This document shows, piece by piece, positions 12,113 through 26,075 of a DNA stretch of 64,000 nucleotides. The notes under the pieces are model-generated. The model made no database searches, was not told the origin of the DNA, and was given only the letters and a program-made list of their open reading frames with translations. This stretch comes from Octopus vulgaris. Lineage: Eukaryota. Numbering within the stretch: position 1 is the stretch's first letter; each line of letters opens with the position of its first letter. The stretch spans positions 21,762,001-21,826,000 of the forward strand of contig OX597814.1 of the NCBI GenBank assembly GCA_951406725.2, read 5' to 3'. The translations under genes and the position numbers were made by a program.

Positions 12113-13096
12113 CTTTTCTCTCCTACATTTCACTCTTGTTTTCACTCGTTCGATTTGTTAGTGTAAAGTCACATTCATATCTTGGAATGTAGTTCCCAGT
12201 AACTTGACAGGTTGTCGTTAGAGACTTCAAAAGAATACCTACTCTCTCTATACCTCCCTCTGAAACACACACTGTCACATTTACACATGTATTGCGATAC
12301 ACTCAAAGAACACGTTTCAGTAAAAACGTGTGTTCTTTCCACTAGTAACTCTCTTGATTGCTGTTTATTTTTAAAGAACATACTCGCTAGGCCTGTTGTG
12401 ATTAATCTGCTATCATTAGAGTAGCGAGCTGGCAGAACTGTTAACTGCATCGGACAAAATGCTAGCGGCATTCTGAGTTCATTCTTACGTAGTCGATGAA
12501 ACAAGCACCAGTTGAGCTCTGGGGTTGATATAATTTGACTTCTACCTCCCTTCAAAATTACAAGCCTTGTGCCAAAATTTGAAACAATTATTATTATTAG
12601 CGTTAATTAATAATCTCGATATCGGTTTTATTTTTGCTCATGACTTCCATAATTTTATTCAACAACTGATTAACAGCAACATTAAGCACTAATGATTCAA
12701 TTTAATCTTGTTCCTCGATATACCTATGATGGTGGTGCAATTACATACATTTATGGTAATTAACTCCAGGAACCAGTTTCTATATTAATCCAAATTGTAT
12801 TTTCTCTTCTTTTTGTCATAATCAGGTGTATGTTCAGTTTGAACGTCTGTATGTTGGCAGCTGCTGGAAAACCGTGGGTGGCTTACTTTCTGAGGGTGAA
12901 ACAAAGGAGGGATACATAAAGCTGGGAGTTCAGAGAAAACAGGCTGTAATGATTGGATAGATGCAAGGGCTGTAAGCCCGAGTTCGTAGTTTGCCAGATG
13001 TTGAGCAGTTCTCCAGTGAGGGGTCTCTGTAGAGAGTCAGCAATCGATACGCTGGCTTTGAAGGGGGAAACTAGTTTTGTGGCGTGCTGCTGTGGC

Positions 13097-13097
<1 letters not shown>

Positions 13098-13141
<44 letters not shown>
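13098..13141. repeat. (TAT)n microsatellite
   Basis: Direct inspection. Confidence 0.95.
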
Positions 13142-13142
<1 letters not shown>

Positions 13143-14806
13143 TGTTTAGGATCATAGTAAAGCTTAGCATTTACGGTGACTGATAGTTTTATTCGTCGTC
13201 CAAGACCAAAGATACTGAGGTATAAGATTGTTTCCTTTTCCTCGATATTAGCAGTGATTGTGTATTTATGATGTCGAAACCATAGAGATATCTCCATTAA
13301 CCTTCTTGCTAATACAAACTTCCTCCATTTTTAAATATAATCATTAAATAACTCCATAAATGTCCATCGGTAATGTTTCCTTTTTTTCGTTATTTCGTTT
13401 TGTTTGCTTGTTTTTTCGAACATATCTTTACGTTGAAAAACATTTAGTACATTTTGATTCTTAACTAGGAATCGAATTGGTTAAGATCTCAAGTAAACTT
13501 TACCGTTTCAGCTATTTGCCGAGAACATAATGTATACAAACGTAGCAGCCTTTGCCCATTGATTCATCTCGCCTCACCTCACCCCATCCCTCTTTTGATA
13601 CCCCTCTCTCTCTCTGGATTGATTCTTCTTCTTGCCAAGTGTCGGATTTGATTTGTATTCCTATATGGCAACCAGACTAGGAAGGTTGAAAGCAAAGACG
13701 TCATTGACATTTAAACTTAGACTATAAATGTCCTATCAGAACAAAAATTTGGTGTGGAGGTGGTAAGGATCAGTTGATTATGTCAACCTCAGTACTTTAT
13801 TTTATCTACCCCTATAGGATGAAAGGCAAAGTGACCTCGACAGGGTTTGAACTCAAAATACATAGAGCCAGAACAGATACTGCAAGGAATTTATATTTGT
13901 TCGACTCTTTGGCGTTTCTACCTCTCCACTCTCCTAAGAAAGTCTGTCGTTCTTGCAACTATGCTATGTATGTTGACGAATTCCATAAAATAATGATGAT
14001 TCATAATGATTTCTTTCATAGACAGTAACTCAATTTATAAGAGAAGTGTTTAAAACGAAGAATTTCCTTACTTTCGTTATGTTTTTTTAATTAAGCACTT
14101 ACAAGTTTTTTGTTTTTGTTTTTTTCGCATCTCCAGTAACTTCATTTACTCATTTTAATTATTTTACTGCTTGATCTCATCACGACCCCGAACATAATTC
14201 ATTCTTTTACAGTTTTTAAAAGTAAACAAATGTTCGGGTTTGTATGTGATGGGGTGTTCATTTTCATAAAATAAAGTAGCTATATTAGGGGGACGTATTT
14301 CAACTTGTAAAATGGACTAACATCAACAACGTCAATTTCTATCCAACTAACAAGCTCAGATTTAATCGAATGACTTATTTGATTTACGCCGATAATTTCG
14401 CTATGAGAAAATTTCCATAAAATTATTCAATTGCGTCTTTTAACACTTTAACATGGCTTCAACGTAGGAGCCTCACTAAGGTGGTTGGAGATGCTTGATA
14501 TAGCGACCAAATAATTTACAATTTACATTATTAATTTAAATTAGGGATACTTTAGTTAATCCTGGATTAAATCTGCTAAGCTCAAGCCTAGCCGGTGATA
14601 AACATCAATTATTTAAGTTTGTTTTGATTCCGACTCCTGAATGCAAACATAATTAAAAATGGTTTAATATTCCCACACATAGAAATAGAACTTCTTTTGA
14701 GGGTGAGAAAGAAATAAGCTATTACCGCTCAATCTATTTAACAAAAGCTTGTCTCTCTCGTTACAACCACTAATCGTTATACCATTTTTTTTTACTTGAT
14801 TTGGTT

Positions 14807-15133
14807 CAGGGGTTCTCAACCATTTTTTATCCATGGATTCCTTTGATTACTATTTTATTTTGGTGGACTCCCATAGCCATTCGATGTTTAAAAACTAGTT
14901 TTATAGCTACTTCTTTCAAAATTCCTATTCTGTTTTTCATACAAACTTTTATAAGCTGAACTCCATAAAATGTTACAGAAAGAGACCTAGCTGTTTCTTG
15001 CCATATATACCAATACATATATTTAAATCAGAATTTTCTCAGGGTCCCGTAAAATACTATCGTGGATCTCCAGCTTACTATTTTGTTTTGTGAACCCCCC
15101 AAAATCTTATATGGACTCCGCTTGAGAACCACA
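14807..15133. mobile_element. hAT (Charlie-like) MITE
   Basis: Terminal CAGGGGTTCTCAAC ... TTGAGAACCAC; internal GGA(C/T)TCC repeats. Confidence 0.65.
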
Positions 15134-16304
15134 CTTTTAGTCTGTAGACTGCTGCCATGTTGGGGCACCGCCTTGAAGAATTTTAGTTGAAGGAATCTAA
15201 TCCAGTGCTTATAATATTTTTCATTAAGCCTGATACTTATTCCATCGTTACTTTTGCCGAACTGCTAAGTTACGGACGAGAAACTATTACATATCACACT
15301 GCTATTCTTTACTAGGAAGTAAATACACTTAAGTTACATTTAAACCCCGCTATTCTTTTCGAAAGCTCCCATAAAACCCAACATATTTAGTCATGATTTA
15401 AAATTTTACTAGAGTTTTATTATTTAATTTCATAACAGTATTTACAATATTGGATAAATGATATACCCACATTAAATAGACGAAGGTCAGTTTTTTTTCT
15501 GATTTACGAAATACTTAGACCACCGAGTGTCTTTATTATAATATAATCAAGTTGGAGCAGGAATACATGGTACTCCAAAAGGATATAAAATGCATTACTT
15601 GCACTTATCTTAAGGAAGTATCCACGTGTACGAATGACAAATTATATGAACAAGCGAGTGTTTACTTAACCCTCACACCTCTACTACTCAATATATATTA
15701 CACCCATTACAGTATTGCGCTCTTTTACGTCATCTCTTTCACTCCGTATTTCGCACGCTCTCATTCTGTCTGCGTGTGTGTGTACTGCATATTGCGTACT
15801 CTTTCCTTTGTACACCCAAAAGCATGGATGCATGGTATAATATCTATATATGAGAGAAAGATCAACATATATACGTACATATATGCCCACATATCTATCT
15901 ATCTATATAGTTATAAATTTCTGGTGGTATTTAGTTGAAGCGAACAGTTAGTTAGAAGCCCCAGCATATTAAATACGCTCATAATTTCGTATTTTAATGG
16001 GTGTGACATTTCGAAATTCTTCTTCTGCTTCGCCCCCACAAAATGATATGAAATTCATAAAAGAAGAAAACGCAAGAAAAAAATGGAACATTGGATTTAA
16101 TCTCCTCGGTGTCACTCCTATTATGCTGGTTAATTATTATGAGAAAAAGTCCCCCTCCCTCTGGAGGTGGGGTACAAATTATTTACCGATAACTAGGTCC
16201 ATTCGTGATAAATATCTTTGTTTAAGATTCACGTTGCCGGGTGACTCAGTGTAGTTTCATTACGGAAGCCCGTAGCGCTTTTAAGAGCTTTCTATTGACT
16301 CAAT

Positions 16305-16520
16305 GCTGTTGTTGTTTAGCCCCCGGTCAGCTCTGCTGGAACGTACCTCTAATAAAAAAAAATTTTTTTTAATTCCTGACATTTTCTTTATTTTTTGGTT
16401 ACAGTCTATCAGGAATGATATTATTCAATAAATCCATTTTCAGGACAATATAAGGAAATTTGGCAGCTGTTTCTAGCAGATCAGAAGACCACGTAATGAC
16501 TTCAACGTTGCCTCTGAGTT
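16305..16520 (+). mobile_element. Old unclassified ~200-bp interspersed repeat (representative copy)
   Basis: TTGTTGTTTAGCCCC.GGTCAG ... TTTGGCAGCTGTTTCTAGCAG; similar degenerate copies near 11060, 29245, 50830, 58390, 58760 (+) and 10330, 24810, 55520 (-). Confidence 0.55.
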
Positions 16521-17242
16521 AGTGTATATGTTGTTTACAGGAGAGAGAAAATGTGTGTATACGTGTACCTGTGAGGAAGAGTGTATTTAAGCTGGATGGG
16601 AGACTTCGTTCTTAGTGTGCGACAGAGTGTAAATATGTGAATTACTACAAATCCTATTCGTATCAGCGAGAAGATTTTTTTCTTCTTTTGAACAGAAAAT
16701 GTGCCATTTTTTTTTTTACTATAATCTTCAAACACTTTTCTTAAACTAGTTCTCAACGATACCACACCCACTCTAGTATTGTAAATAATGATTTTGACTA
16801 GGAACGAGAAAGACTGGAAAGAAAGAAGAAAGAAGCCGTAATTTTTTTTTTCTATACCAAGTACGAGTAGTGGAGAAACGAGGTGGTCGGAGGGGTGCTT
16901 GTGTTATTTGTTTTATAGACTGCAGAAGCTAAAGTTAGTGTGTGTGGTTGGCGGATTTTAAAATAAAATTATTAGTAATGCAGGAAAAAAAAACAAAATT
17001 TTATCTTTACTTTTAATAATGTTTTGTTGTTATTGGTCTATGTAAATCGAATTTAGACATGACTCTTTTGATTTCTTCGATATTATCCATATGATAATAG
17101 AATTTGATGTGGTCATTTTTGATATAAGCTGAGATAGTGAAATAAAGTAGTTGTTGTTGCTGCTGTCTGTTCTCTATTGCTGTATGAAGAGAAAATTACT
17201 TCGTATCTTGTCTCTTCTAAATTGATTATCTATGGTCTAGTG

Positions 17243-17284
<42 letters not shown>

Positions 17285-18035
17285 ATATGTGTATATATGG
17301 TATAAAAAATATAAAATACACGAAGATGAGTTTAAAAGAAAAGACAGGGTGTACAAAGTTGACGCATATACACACATACATACATACATATATACGCGCG
17401 TACGCACACGTGTAACACTGCGTATCGTTTTGGGAAGATTGAAGCATCAACCTGCTTATGCCAGAGCACTTGTCTGTATAGCAGTCTCTTAACTACGTGA
17501 CTGAATTTAACTATAGAATTTTCAAGTAGTGCAGAGGATTCTTGACAACATGCTTCAGGTTTGTACGTATGAAGAAAGTAAGAAAACTTTCTACTACAAA
17601 GCATTTTTTAAAAAATTACATAATTTAATCTTAGGAGAAATTATGATCCCGACCATTGTCGGCATCCTCCAGATAAGTAAATAACGGTAGCTGATAGCCA
17701 GCTTTAACATCTCAAAGTCAATAGCCTCGGGAAAAACGTGTGGGGTAGGGAAAGCTAAAAAGAGACTGGGCATCTGCTTTGAATGATTGTAGCTAGGTGA
17801 ATTCTGTCAGGGGCAGCCAAGGACGTTTTCTTACAAAATATTTGTAAGGGTGATGTTAAACTGGACTGAGTATTAAGTTGACAGAAACTATAGTGCGCTG
17901 CACAAAAGGCCTTAAAGTCTTCGAGGCTCTGTGGAATGCCTCTCCCAGTCTTCGAGACTCTGTGGAAAGGTTACTGATGCCGACCTTCCTCGTTTAAACC
18001 ATGGGGGAGAAAAAAAGAAAGAAAAAGAACTTATA

Positions 18036-18408
18036 GGCGTAGGAGTAGCTGTGTGGTAAGTAGCTTGCTTACCAACCACCGGGTTCCAGGTTCAGTCCCA
18101 CTGCGTGGCACCTTGGGCAAGTGTCTTCTACTGTAGCCTCGGGCCGACCAAAGCCTTGTGAGTGGATTTGGTAGGCAGAAACTGAAAGAAGCCCATCATA
18201 TATATGTATATGTTTGTGTGTCTGTGTTTGTTCCCCCAACATCGCTTGACAACTGATGCTGGTGTGTTTACGTCTCCATAACTTAGCGATTCGGCAAAAG
18301 AGACCGATAGAATAAGTACTAGGCTTATAAAGAATAAGTCCTGGGGTCGATTTGCTCGACTAAAGGCAATGCTCTAGCATGGCCACGACTGAAACAAGTA
18401 AAAGAGTA
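18036..18408 (+). mobile_element. CORE-domain-like tRNA SINE, full length
   Basis: GGCGTAGGAGTAGCTGTGTGGTAAG head; GTGGCACCTTGGGCAAGTG CORE-like motif; GTAAAAGAG tail. Confidence 0.9.
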
Positions 18409-19264
18409 TACTTGAATGCCAAAGTATGGTAAATTTTTCTTCCCATCTGAAGTGACCACCTTGTGCAGTCTGCACACTTCACAGAGTTCGTGTTCTGCCA
18501 CTGAAGGGGCTAAATTCCTTAGATTTCTTATAGTAAGAGGAAATAGAAAAATATATCCCTTGTCTTTGCTACAGTATTAGTGGCATGAATGAAGTGAAAC
18601 TGTTATAAATGGGAATGGAATCAAAATGAAAGAAGTCACCACAATCACATATTGAATATCATCTCTCCCAGATGTAACAAAATAAGTTCCAGCAATTTGC
18701 TATGGTCAATTTTATCAAATCCACCCCCCACCTAACTCATAAATAAATGGCATTTTGCTTGTGCAAGAAATCGATATTTGGATATTTAATGAGGAAGAAG
18801 TGATGGTTAAGGGTATTGTGTCAGACAAATCATTATAAGCTCTTTTTCTTCAGCAAGATAATTTTAATTCAATTACTCAGCTGATGTTACTCAGGAAAAA
18901 TATGAATGATGCACCAGTCCACTTTCTCTTCTCTATAACAGTGTTAATACTCAAAGTATTTCATGTGTTGTGCATTGTGATGTTTTGATTTTGACTCCTT
19001 TCCCAGTTAGAACAATTTCACTTCATTCATGCCTCTAACATTGTAACAAAAAGAAAGAATATGACTTTCTATTTCCTCTTGCTACAAATCTAAGAGACTT
19101 AGCCCCTTCGGTGGTGGAGCATGAACTCTGCAAAGTGTACAAAGTGGCTACATTGGTTAAGGGGACAAGCATGCAACGTAGTTTGACATTCAAGTACAAG
19201 TTCTTGTGTTTATTTTTTTTTTTGACTTAGATAAGGAAAAACAGCATCCATAACATTTTCCCAG

Positions 19265-19295
19265 GGTCTCGATGACTGGCGGAGGACAGTGGCAG
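19265..19295 (+). other. Candidate 31-nt micro-exon
   Basis: ttttcccag|GGTCTCGATGACTGGCGGAGGACAGTGGCAG|gtgaga; GC-rich patch in AT-rich context; no homology support. Confidence 0.25.
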
Positions 19296-20339
19296 GTGAG
19301 ATCTTGTTATCATCTTACCAGAAACCTGATCTGAATGCTTGTAACAGAGAGAACTCCACTAGATTAAATGGTACTTTGCCGAGAGATAACAAAGAAAAAA
19401 AAATCAATTAGATTCTTATCACATGCTGTCTAGAGACTGACACCTGTCTATGTTAGATAAAGTGATGCTGTGGCAGAATTCCAGTATAGTAATAGCTGAC
19501 CAGAGGTCTGAAGAACTAGAGCTAATATTACTCTTATGACATACACTCTATTTTGAGTTGAAAATTATTTGTAAATTCACTAAGATAATTTACCATAAAA
19601 TTGCTTACTTTTAATTAATTTAATTTTGATTTAAGATATTTAAGAGAGGATTCATCTTTAACCTTGTGGAAAAACTAATCCAGCAAATGTAATTACTTGG
19701 TAAAGTAGCAGCTCATCAAATCACACTCTACTGTCTTCAAACATAAAGAACGCAATAGTTAATATGATCTTAGGATCTTAGATACACTGTGCTTGGTAAA
19801 GAAAATATAGGTTGATTATGACTGAAATTGATCTTAAATCTTGTTTTATAACAAGAATATTTAGGAGCAAAAAAATCACATGGTCTTAGACACATCATAT
19901 CCAGGGAGTGCAGAAGGCTTAGATTTTTATTGTATCTAGAACAGTTTTCTAGAATCCTTGGCTTGGAGAATTTTCATACTGTCATTTTAAATTTTATTAA
20001 TTCTTTTACTGGTTCCATTGTAGAAATACTGGAACACCACTCTCAATGGTATAATTGATTATATCGATCTCAGTTCACAAGTGCCTGATTCAGCTACAAG
20101 ACATGGATAACACAACTTTTCGAAATTGCACTCTACTATTATTTCAAATTCAAATTTTAATTTTGAAATATCAGATTAAAGTATCAACTAATTTAAGTGG
20201 AACTCAATGTGTGTGTGTGCCTAGAAATTATGCCAAAGCCAACAACAGGGCCTGACACAGTTTTGCTGCTTGATGGACCCTATCAAGCTATCAAACCTGT
20301 GCCAGGATAGAAAACGGGTGTTAAATGATAATGATGGTA

Positions 20340-20560
20340 AAAGCAGTGAACTGGCAGAACCATTAGCATGCTGGTAAGAAATACTTAGCAGCATTTTGTC
20401 CATATTTACTTTGCAAGTTCAAATCCCACCAGGGTCGGCTTTTCCTTTCATCCTTTCAGGGCTGATAAATTAAGTACCAGTTGAACTCTGGGATTGATTC
20501 AATCAACTTACCCACTTCCCTCAAACCTGCTGGCCTTGTGCCAAAATTTAAAACTAAATA
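20340..20560 (+). mobile_element. Meta-domain-like SINE (older copy)
   Basis: GAACTGGCAGAACCATTAGC..AAGTTCAAATCCC..CCTTTCATCCTTTCAGGGCTGATAAATTAAGTACCAG. Confidence 0.75.
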
Positions 20561-21504
20561 ATGATTATAGTATATACAGAGTGGGTGGTTAAATGAATCC
20601 TTTGAGCTTCAGAAAAATATCAGCCTCTTTGCATTCTACATTCACACCTCATCAAGGTCAACTTTGCTTTCATTCATTATTCAATAAATAAATACCAGTC
20701 AAGTATTGAAGTGAAACTTTCTCTCACTCTTTTTCTTCTTCAGAATCAGTTACACTACCTTATAAGGGGATTATGAGGGATCACTTTCAATGTCCCCTAG
20801 TTTAGGGATAGCAATATCTTCTCATTTAACATGTTACAGAAACCAGACAAAGAAACCATAGAAGAATATAGCAGATGTGGGTGGACTATGATATAGAATT
20901 GTCTTTCATACACACACACACACACATATGCAAAGTGAAATCCATTGCATCTTGTACATAATTTATAGTACATTTCCTTCTCTCTCACATTGTATACTAT
21001 TATGAGCAGCTGTGGCAGCTGATCAAATATGAAGGTGTATGATTTAACAATGGGATATGTATCTGTGTCAGTCATTGTGTGTGTATGTTTATGTAAGTGT
21101 GAGTATATGTTTGTGCATGTATGTGTGTATGAATATGTACATTGCAGGATTTATTTTTTTCTGTCATACTGTTTACGTTAATTATGTTCTGTTATACAGA
21201 ATTACTGAGTGCACTGGTAATTTGTTGCATAAAAATACATTTGTGTATGTGTGTGTGTGTGTGTGTGTGATGATAATGGAGGTGTGCAATTTGAAACTCC
21301 AAAACCAGTAATCAACCTTTTCCTTGTAAAAGTTGGATAAACTAGTATTCTAGTAAAAAATAGCGAGTAAATATTTAGTTTTAGTTTAATGTTAAATTGT
21401 TTTTTATATAACTTAACATGAGAACAAACACTGCTCTCTCTCTCTCTCTACATACTTATATCTATCTATCTATCTATCTTTATATATATATATATATATA
21501 TATA

Positions 21505-21845
21505 TCATCATCATCATCATCGTTTAACGTCCGTTCTCCATGCTAGTATGGGTTGGACGGTTCGACCGGGGTTCTGGGAAGCCAGAAGGCTGCACCAGGC
21601 TCCAGTCTAATCTGGCAATGTTTCTACAGCTGGATGCCCTTCCTAACGCCAACCACTCCGTGAGTGTAGTGGGTGCTTTTTACGTGCCACCTGCACAGGT
21701 GCCAGGCAGGGCTGGCAACGGCCACGGTCAGATTGGTGTATTTTATGTGCCACCGGCACGGAAGCCAGTCGAGGTGGTGCTGGCATCAGCCACGAGTCGG
21801 ATAGTGCTTTTTACGTACCACCAGACCAGGGATCCTGGCTGGTTC
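21505..21845 (-). mobile_element. RTE-tailed SINE-like element with 2-3 internal ~61-bp units
   Basis: (CAT)n-CGTTTAACGTCCG.. and repeated GGTGCTTTTTACGTGCCACC units. Confidence 0.85.
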
Positions 21846-21984
21846 AATTCGATTTCGATTTCGCTTGTCCCAACATGTCTTCACAAGCAATATATATATA
21901 TATAAAACAGACACACAAAAACAATTTATATATATACACACAATCTCTCTCTCTCAATACATATATATATATATATATATATAT

Positions 21985-22582
21985 AACCTAGCAAAAACCA
22001 ATGTCTTAGTAAGTAGGAAGGCAGACAAATCCCAAATCCCTTCAGGTTGATGGCCCTACTCGATCTGTAGAAGAGGCATAAGTAGAAACCCTATAAGATG
22101 TACCTAGTGTAAGCTATTTACACATAAGAGGTGCAGCAATATCAGAAGAAGGTTAACAGGGAAAATAGCTTTTGTGTGTGGAAAATGCACAGGTACAATA
22201 CTCACCGAAAATGTACAGAAAACAGACTCCAACTACTTATGGGGTAAGCTAGAGGTAGTAGATAGCTTCCGTTATCTAGGTGACCAAGTTAATATTGGAG
22301 GTGGATGCCGCAAGAGTGTGGTTGTGAGAATAAGATTAGGTTGGACAAAGTTCTGAGAGCTCCTGCCTCTGCTGGCAGCAAAGGGCATCTCCCTCAAAGT
22401 GAAAGGTAGATTGTATGGTGCCTGTGTGCGAATAGCTATGTTACACAGCAGTGAAGCATGGACTGTGACAGCTGGGGACATGTGTAGGCTTGAAAGAAAT
22501 GAAGCCAGTATGCTTGGCTGGATGTGCAATGTCAGTGTGCATGTTCAACAGAGAGTGAGCATCTTGAAGGAAAAGTTGGGCA
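21985..22582 (+). mobile_element. Decayed RTE-clade LINE RT fragment
   Basis: LEVVDSFRYLGD..RIRLGWTKF*ELLPLL..KGRLYGACVRIAMLHSSEAW..LERNEASMLGWMC. Confidence 0.9.
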
Positions 22583-22591
22583 TTATATATA

Positions 22592-22803
22592 TTAATCCTT
22601 TAGCATTTAAACCAGCCATATATTCTACTTGTTTAATGCTTGAACTGACCAGAACCAGCCTCTCACACCTACTCTGCAATGTCATTTAAAAGTAAGCAAT
22701 CACATCATTGAAACCTCAAAGTTATAATATAAGCCATGATTAATTCAAAACAATGAATAAATAAGCATTGCATTTGATGATGACCTGAATGCTAAAGGAC
22801 TAA
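22592..22803. mobile_element. TTAA-flanked (piggyBac-like) MITE
   Basis: TTAATCCTTTAGCATT ... AATGCTAAAGGACTAA inverted termini; related copy at 47888. Confidence 0.65.
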
Positions 22804-23204
22804 AGTCATGTCAACTTTGGAGTATTCTTCATTCCTGAGATTATCTCCCCTTCTTATATGGTGTTGGTCTAATTGCTATTTTATAATTATGACATATCCC
22901 CTTGTGGTGGAGATGATATTCATAAATCAAGAAACCTTTATTTCTTAACATATATATGTGTGTGTATTTGTATGTATGTTTGTATGTGTATCTGCCAATA
23001 TGCGGGCCAACCCTGCATGAGATTTTCACCTGGTTTGCTCCTGCTATATTCTTAATTTTCCCTCATCTTCCCTCCTCTTAATCCCCATCTCTGCATCATA
23101 TTCCAAAGAAGGACAATATATAACCATTTCTCTTAGCATAAAAATTATATATTCTGATCATGAACTCATCCTCATCTTGCTACTTGTTCTTTGCTGTTTA
23201 TGTC

Positions 23205-23245
<41 letters not shown>

Positions 23246-23299
23246 GAACTACTATATATAAATGTGTGTAGTATATATATATATATACTATATATAAAT

Positions 23300-23536
23300 A
23301 TACAGCTTACAAATTCTGTTTGTTTGTGGAGACTTTTTACTAGTAGAGGAAATAGTGACCAATTTTGGCTGCTATTTCTAATATTTTTGGTATGTGGTTT
23401 TGAGCAACTTGTTGCATTTAACCCTTTATTATAATTATTATAACCCTTACCAAATATGGTCTTTTCCATACCGACAAATCTACTAGGTGAAATTGATTAA
23501 TTTTATTAAATTAATTATATTCCACCCTTTATTGAA

Positions 23537-23540
<4 letters not shown>
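23300..23540 (+). mobile_element. Solo copy of the element forming the 33842-34245 fold-back
   Basis: Collinear similarity to 34030-34245 (AGTAGAGGAAATAG..CTGCTATTTCTAA..GGTATGT..AACCCT..CCCTTTATT); lies between (TA)n runs. Confidence 0.65.
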
Positions 23541-23573
<33 letters not shown>

Positions 23574-23630
23574 CATATGTATATTGTGTCTGTATGCACA
23601 TATATGTGTGCATGAGTGTATGTATATATG

Positions 23631-23664
<34 letters not shown>

Positions 23665-24270
23665 CACATGAATGCATAGCTTTTGTTTATTTTGTGGTAT
23701 AAAAACATAAAGTTACTTAATACAGATTTGAGTGGGAAATGCGCAAAGTGTGATTTATGTGTTTATATAAATGTGAGATATACTGGTCTTCTGTTTATCT
23801 TCCTAATTCACAATGAAGCAACAAGGTCCACATTACAAGTATACCTTATTGATCTAATCTCATAAACTTATAGATTAGTCAAGTGCATTCATATCTCAAC
23901 ATACTATCTAAACAACAGATCAAGAGGAACTTAATTAGCATGGTTTCAAATACTATAATATTCAACAGAGAATCTTTTCCCATGTTTAATCATTTATTTT
24001 AAGGTTTATTGATAGAATTACAAGGAAGCATTTTACAGTTAGTACAATCTTGTTATGCCTCTTTGTTGTGTCTTTTATAAACAACCATTTTTGTGTTAGA
24101 CGTAGAAACGGCAGTTCTTAATTCTAAAAACACAGGATTTACTTATTACTAAAGCTTTTAAAAAAATAATAAGGACTGCTTTATCACTGATATGAACTCA
24201 ATTGCTTTCTGTGAAGATGCAATCTCTCTTAGAAAATGCATGCAGCTATTATTGCTAAGATGCATTGGGT

Positions 24271-24653
24271 CTCTCAGAGGCAAAGTGGCTGAGTTCCTTT
24301 TGAGTGTTGGACCTCACGGAGGCAAAGTGGCTGAGTTCATTTTGAGCATCAGGCCTCACAGAGGTAATGACTAAGACCTTTGGCTTTATGTCATACTTGA
24401 GAAGAAGAACTATCAAGCTGAGAAAAGTCGCAGTCATGGAAGATAACAGTGTCACGCAAATGACACCTGTGCCAGTGGCACGTAAAAGCACCCATTACAC
24501 TCTTGGAGTGGTTGGCATTAGGAAGGGCATCCAGCTGTAGAAAACCATGCCAAATCAGACTGGAGTTTGGTGCAACCTCCCAGCTTACCAGTCCTGGTCA
24601 AACCGTCCAACCCATGCCATGGACAATGGACGTTAAATGATGATGATGATGAT
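24271..24653 (+). mobile_element. RTE-tailed SINE-like element with 42-bp internal duplication
   Basis: GAGGCAAAGTGGCTGAGTTC at 24277 and 24319; standard 3' part and (GAT)n tail. Confidence 0.8.
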
Positions 24654-25399
24654 GGTTTCAAACAATCATAAGATTTCTAAAGAATAAATATCATGTTAGA
24701 TTCTGAACCAGTATTTGTTCTTTATGTGTGTGTATATGTGTCTTTAAAAAAGTTTTCACCCTACCAAATTAATGAAAACAACCCAGAAAGGGAGTCATTG
24801 TATGATCATTCATTCTAATAGAAATAGCTGCTAAATCACCACAAAATCACACCTGCTATGTTTAAGAAAGAAGTACACATAAGATAATATAATCCAACAT
24901 GTTTCTAAAATGACATGATGGTTGCAGCTTAAATTTTTTTTTTTATCATAAATCTCTGCTTAATCAAGGTCAATTTTCAAACTTGACAACAGCATCACAA
25001 ACTGATATCCTTGACTAAATCCAGAACAATAGAAATCAACTAATTATCAATAAATCCTCCTAAACTGACTCTCTTCAATCTTTCAGTCACTAGACTTATG
25101 GATTTATTTTGTTGTAATGTCTGCAGTCAGTCCTTGTGAATATTTTAAAACTACATATATATTTATGTATCATTGATTATATACGCAAAATTTATAGTGC
25201 TCACTTTTAATTAGAATAGATAATGTACGAAAAGAAGATAAATAACTGTATTGAGATGTACTGGCTGTTGCTTGAATTTTCTATGGAGATGTTGATCTTT
25301 AAACATCTCACTATTTTAGAAATAAAATGACTGAAGATTGACACCTCTTTTGAGATACCATGAAACTACTAATACATCTCAGTTCAGTTAAATCATATG

Positions 25400-25402
<3 letters not shown>

Positions 25403-25468
<66 letters not shown>
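25403..25468. repeat. (TC)n(AC)n microsatellite
   Basis: Direct inspection. Confidence 0.95.
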
Positions 25469-25842
25469 TTAATGGATAATTGTAATTACATTTTATTACG
25501 ACAATAATATATTTGTTTCTAGATTGTTCAGAAATAAGATATTTTACTGACAGAAGATGGAGAATGGCAGCAACTAGTTATTTATTCCCAAGACTGATAT
25601 CTTTGTAATGTTTTAGTGCACAGGATTAGGGTTTCATAGCTACAAGGTCAAGGAATTATTTAAAAAGACTTAACATTAACTGAAGAAAAATATTAAAGAA
25701 GCATTTCTTTTCTTAAAGAGATGAATTCAATCTCTTATTTGTGCTGCCTTCCTTTGAAGCTAATTAATGTTATATGTCTAACAAGCTGTGTTAACCCCCT
25801 CCTATCCTTTCTATCCATTGTCATTCATCCTATCTTATTACC

Positions 25843-26075
25843 TATTTCTTTACTACCCACAAGGGACTAAACACAGAGGGGATATACAAGGACAGACAAA
25901 CGGATTAATTCGATTATATCGACCCCAGTGCGTAACTGGTACTTAATTTATCGACCCTGAAATGATGAAAGGCAAAGTCGACCTCAGCGGAATTTGAACT
26001 CAGAGTGTAAAGACAGACAAAGTACCGCTAAGCATTTCGCCCGGATTGCTAACGATTCTGCCAGCTCACCACCTT
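25843..26075 (-). mobile_element. Meta-domain-like SINE
   Basis: Reverse complement of the 8069 family. Confidence 0.9.

Noticed and set aside
12826-13097. GC-richer block after a pyrimidine tract and AG
   Set aside because: The frames I read hit stops and gave no recognisable protein; could be regulatory or UTR but unsupported
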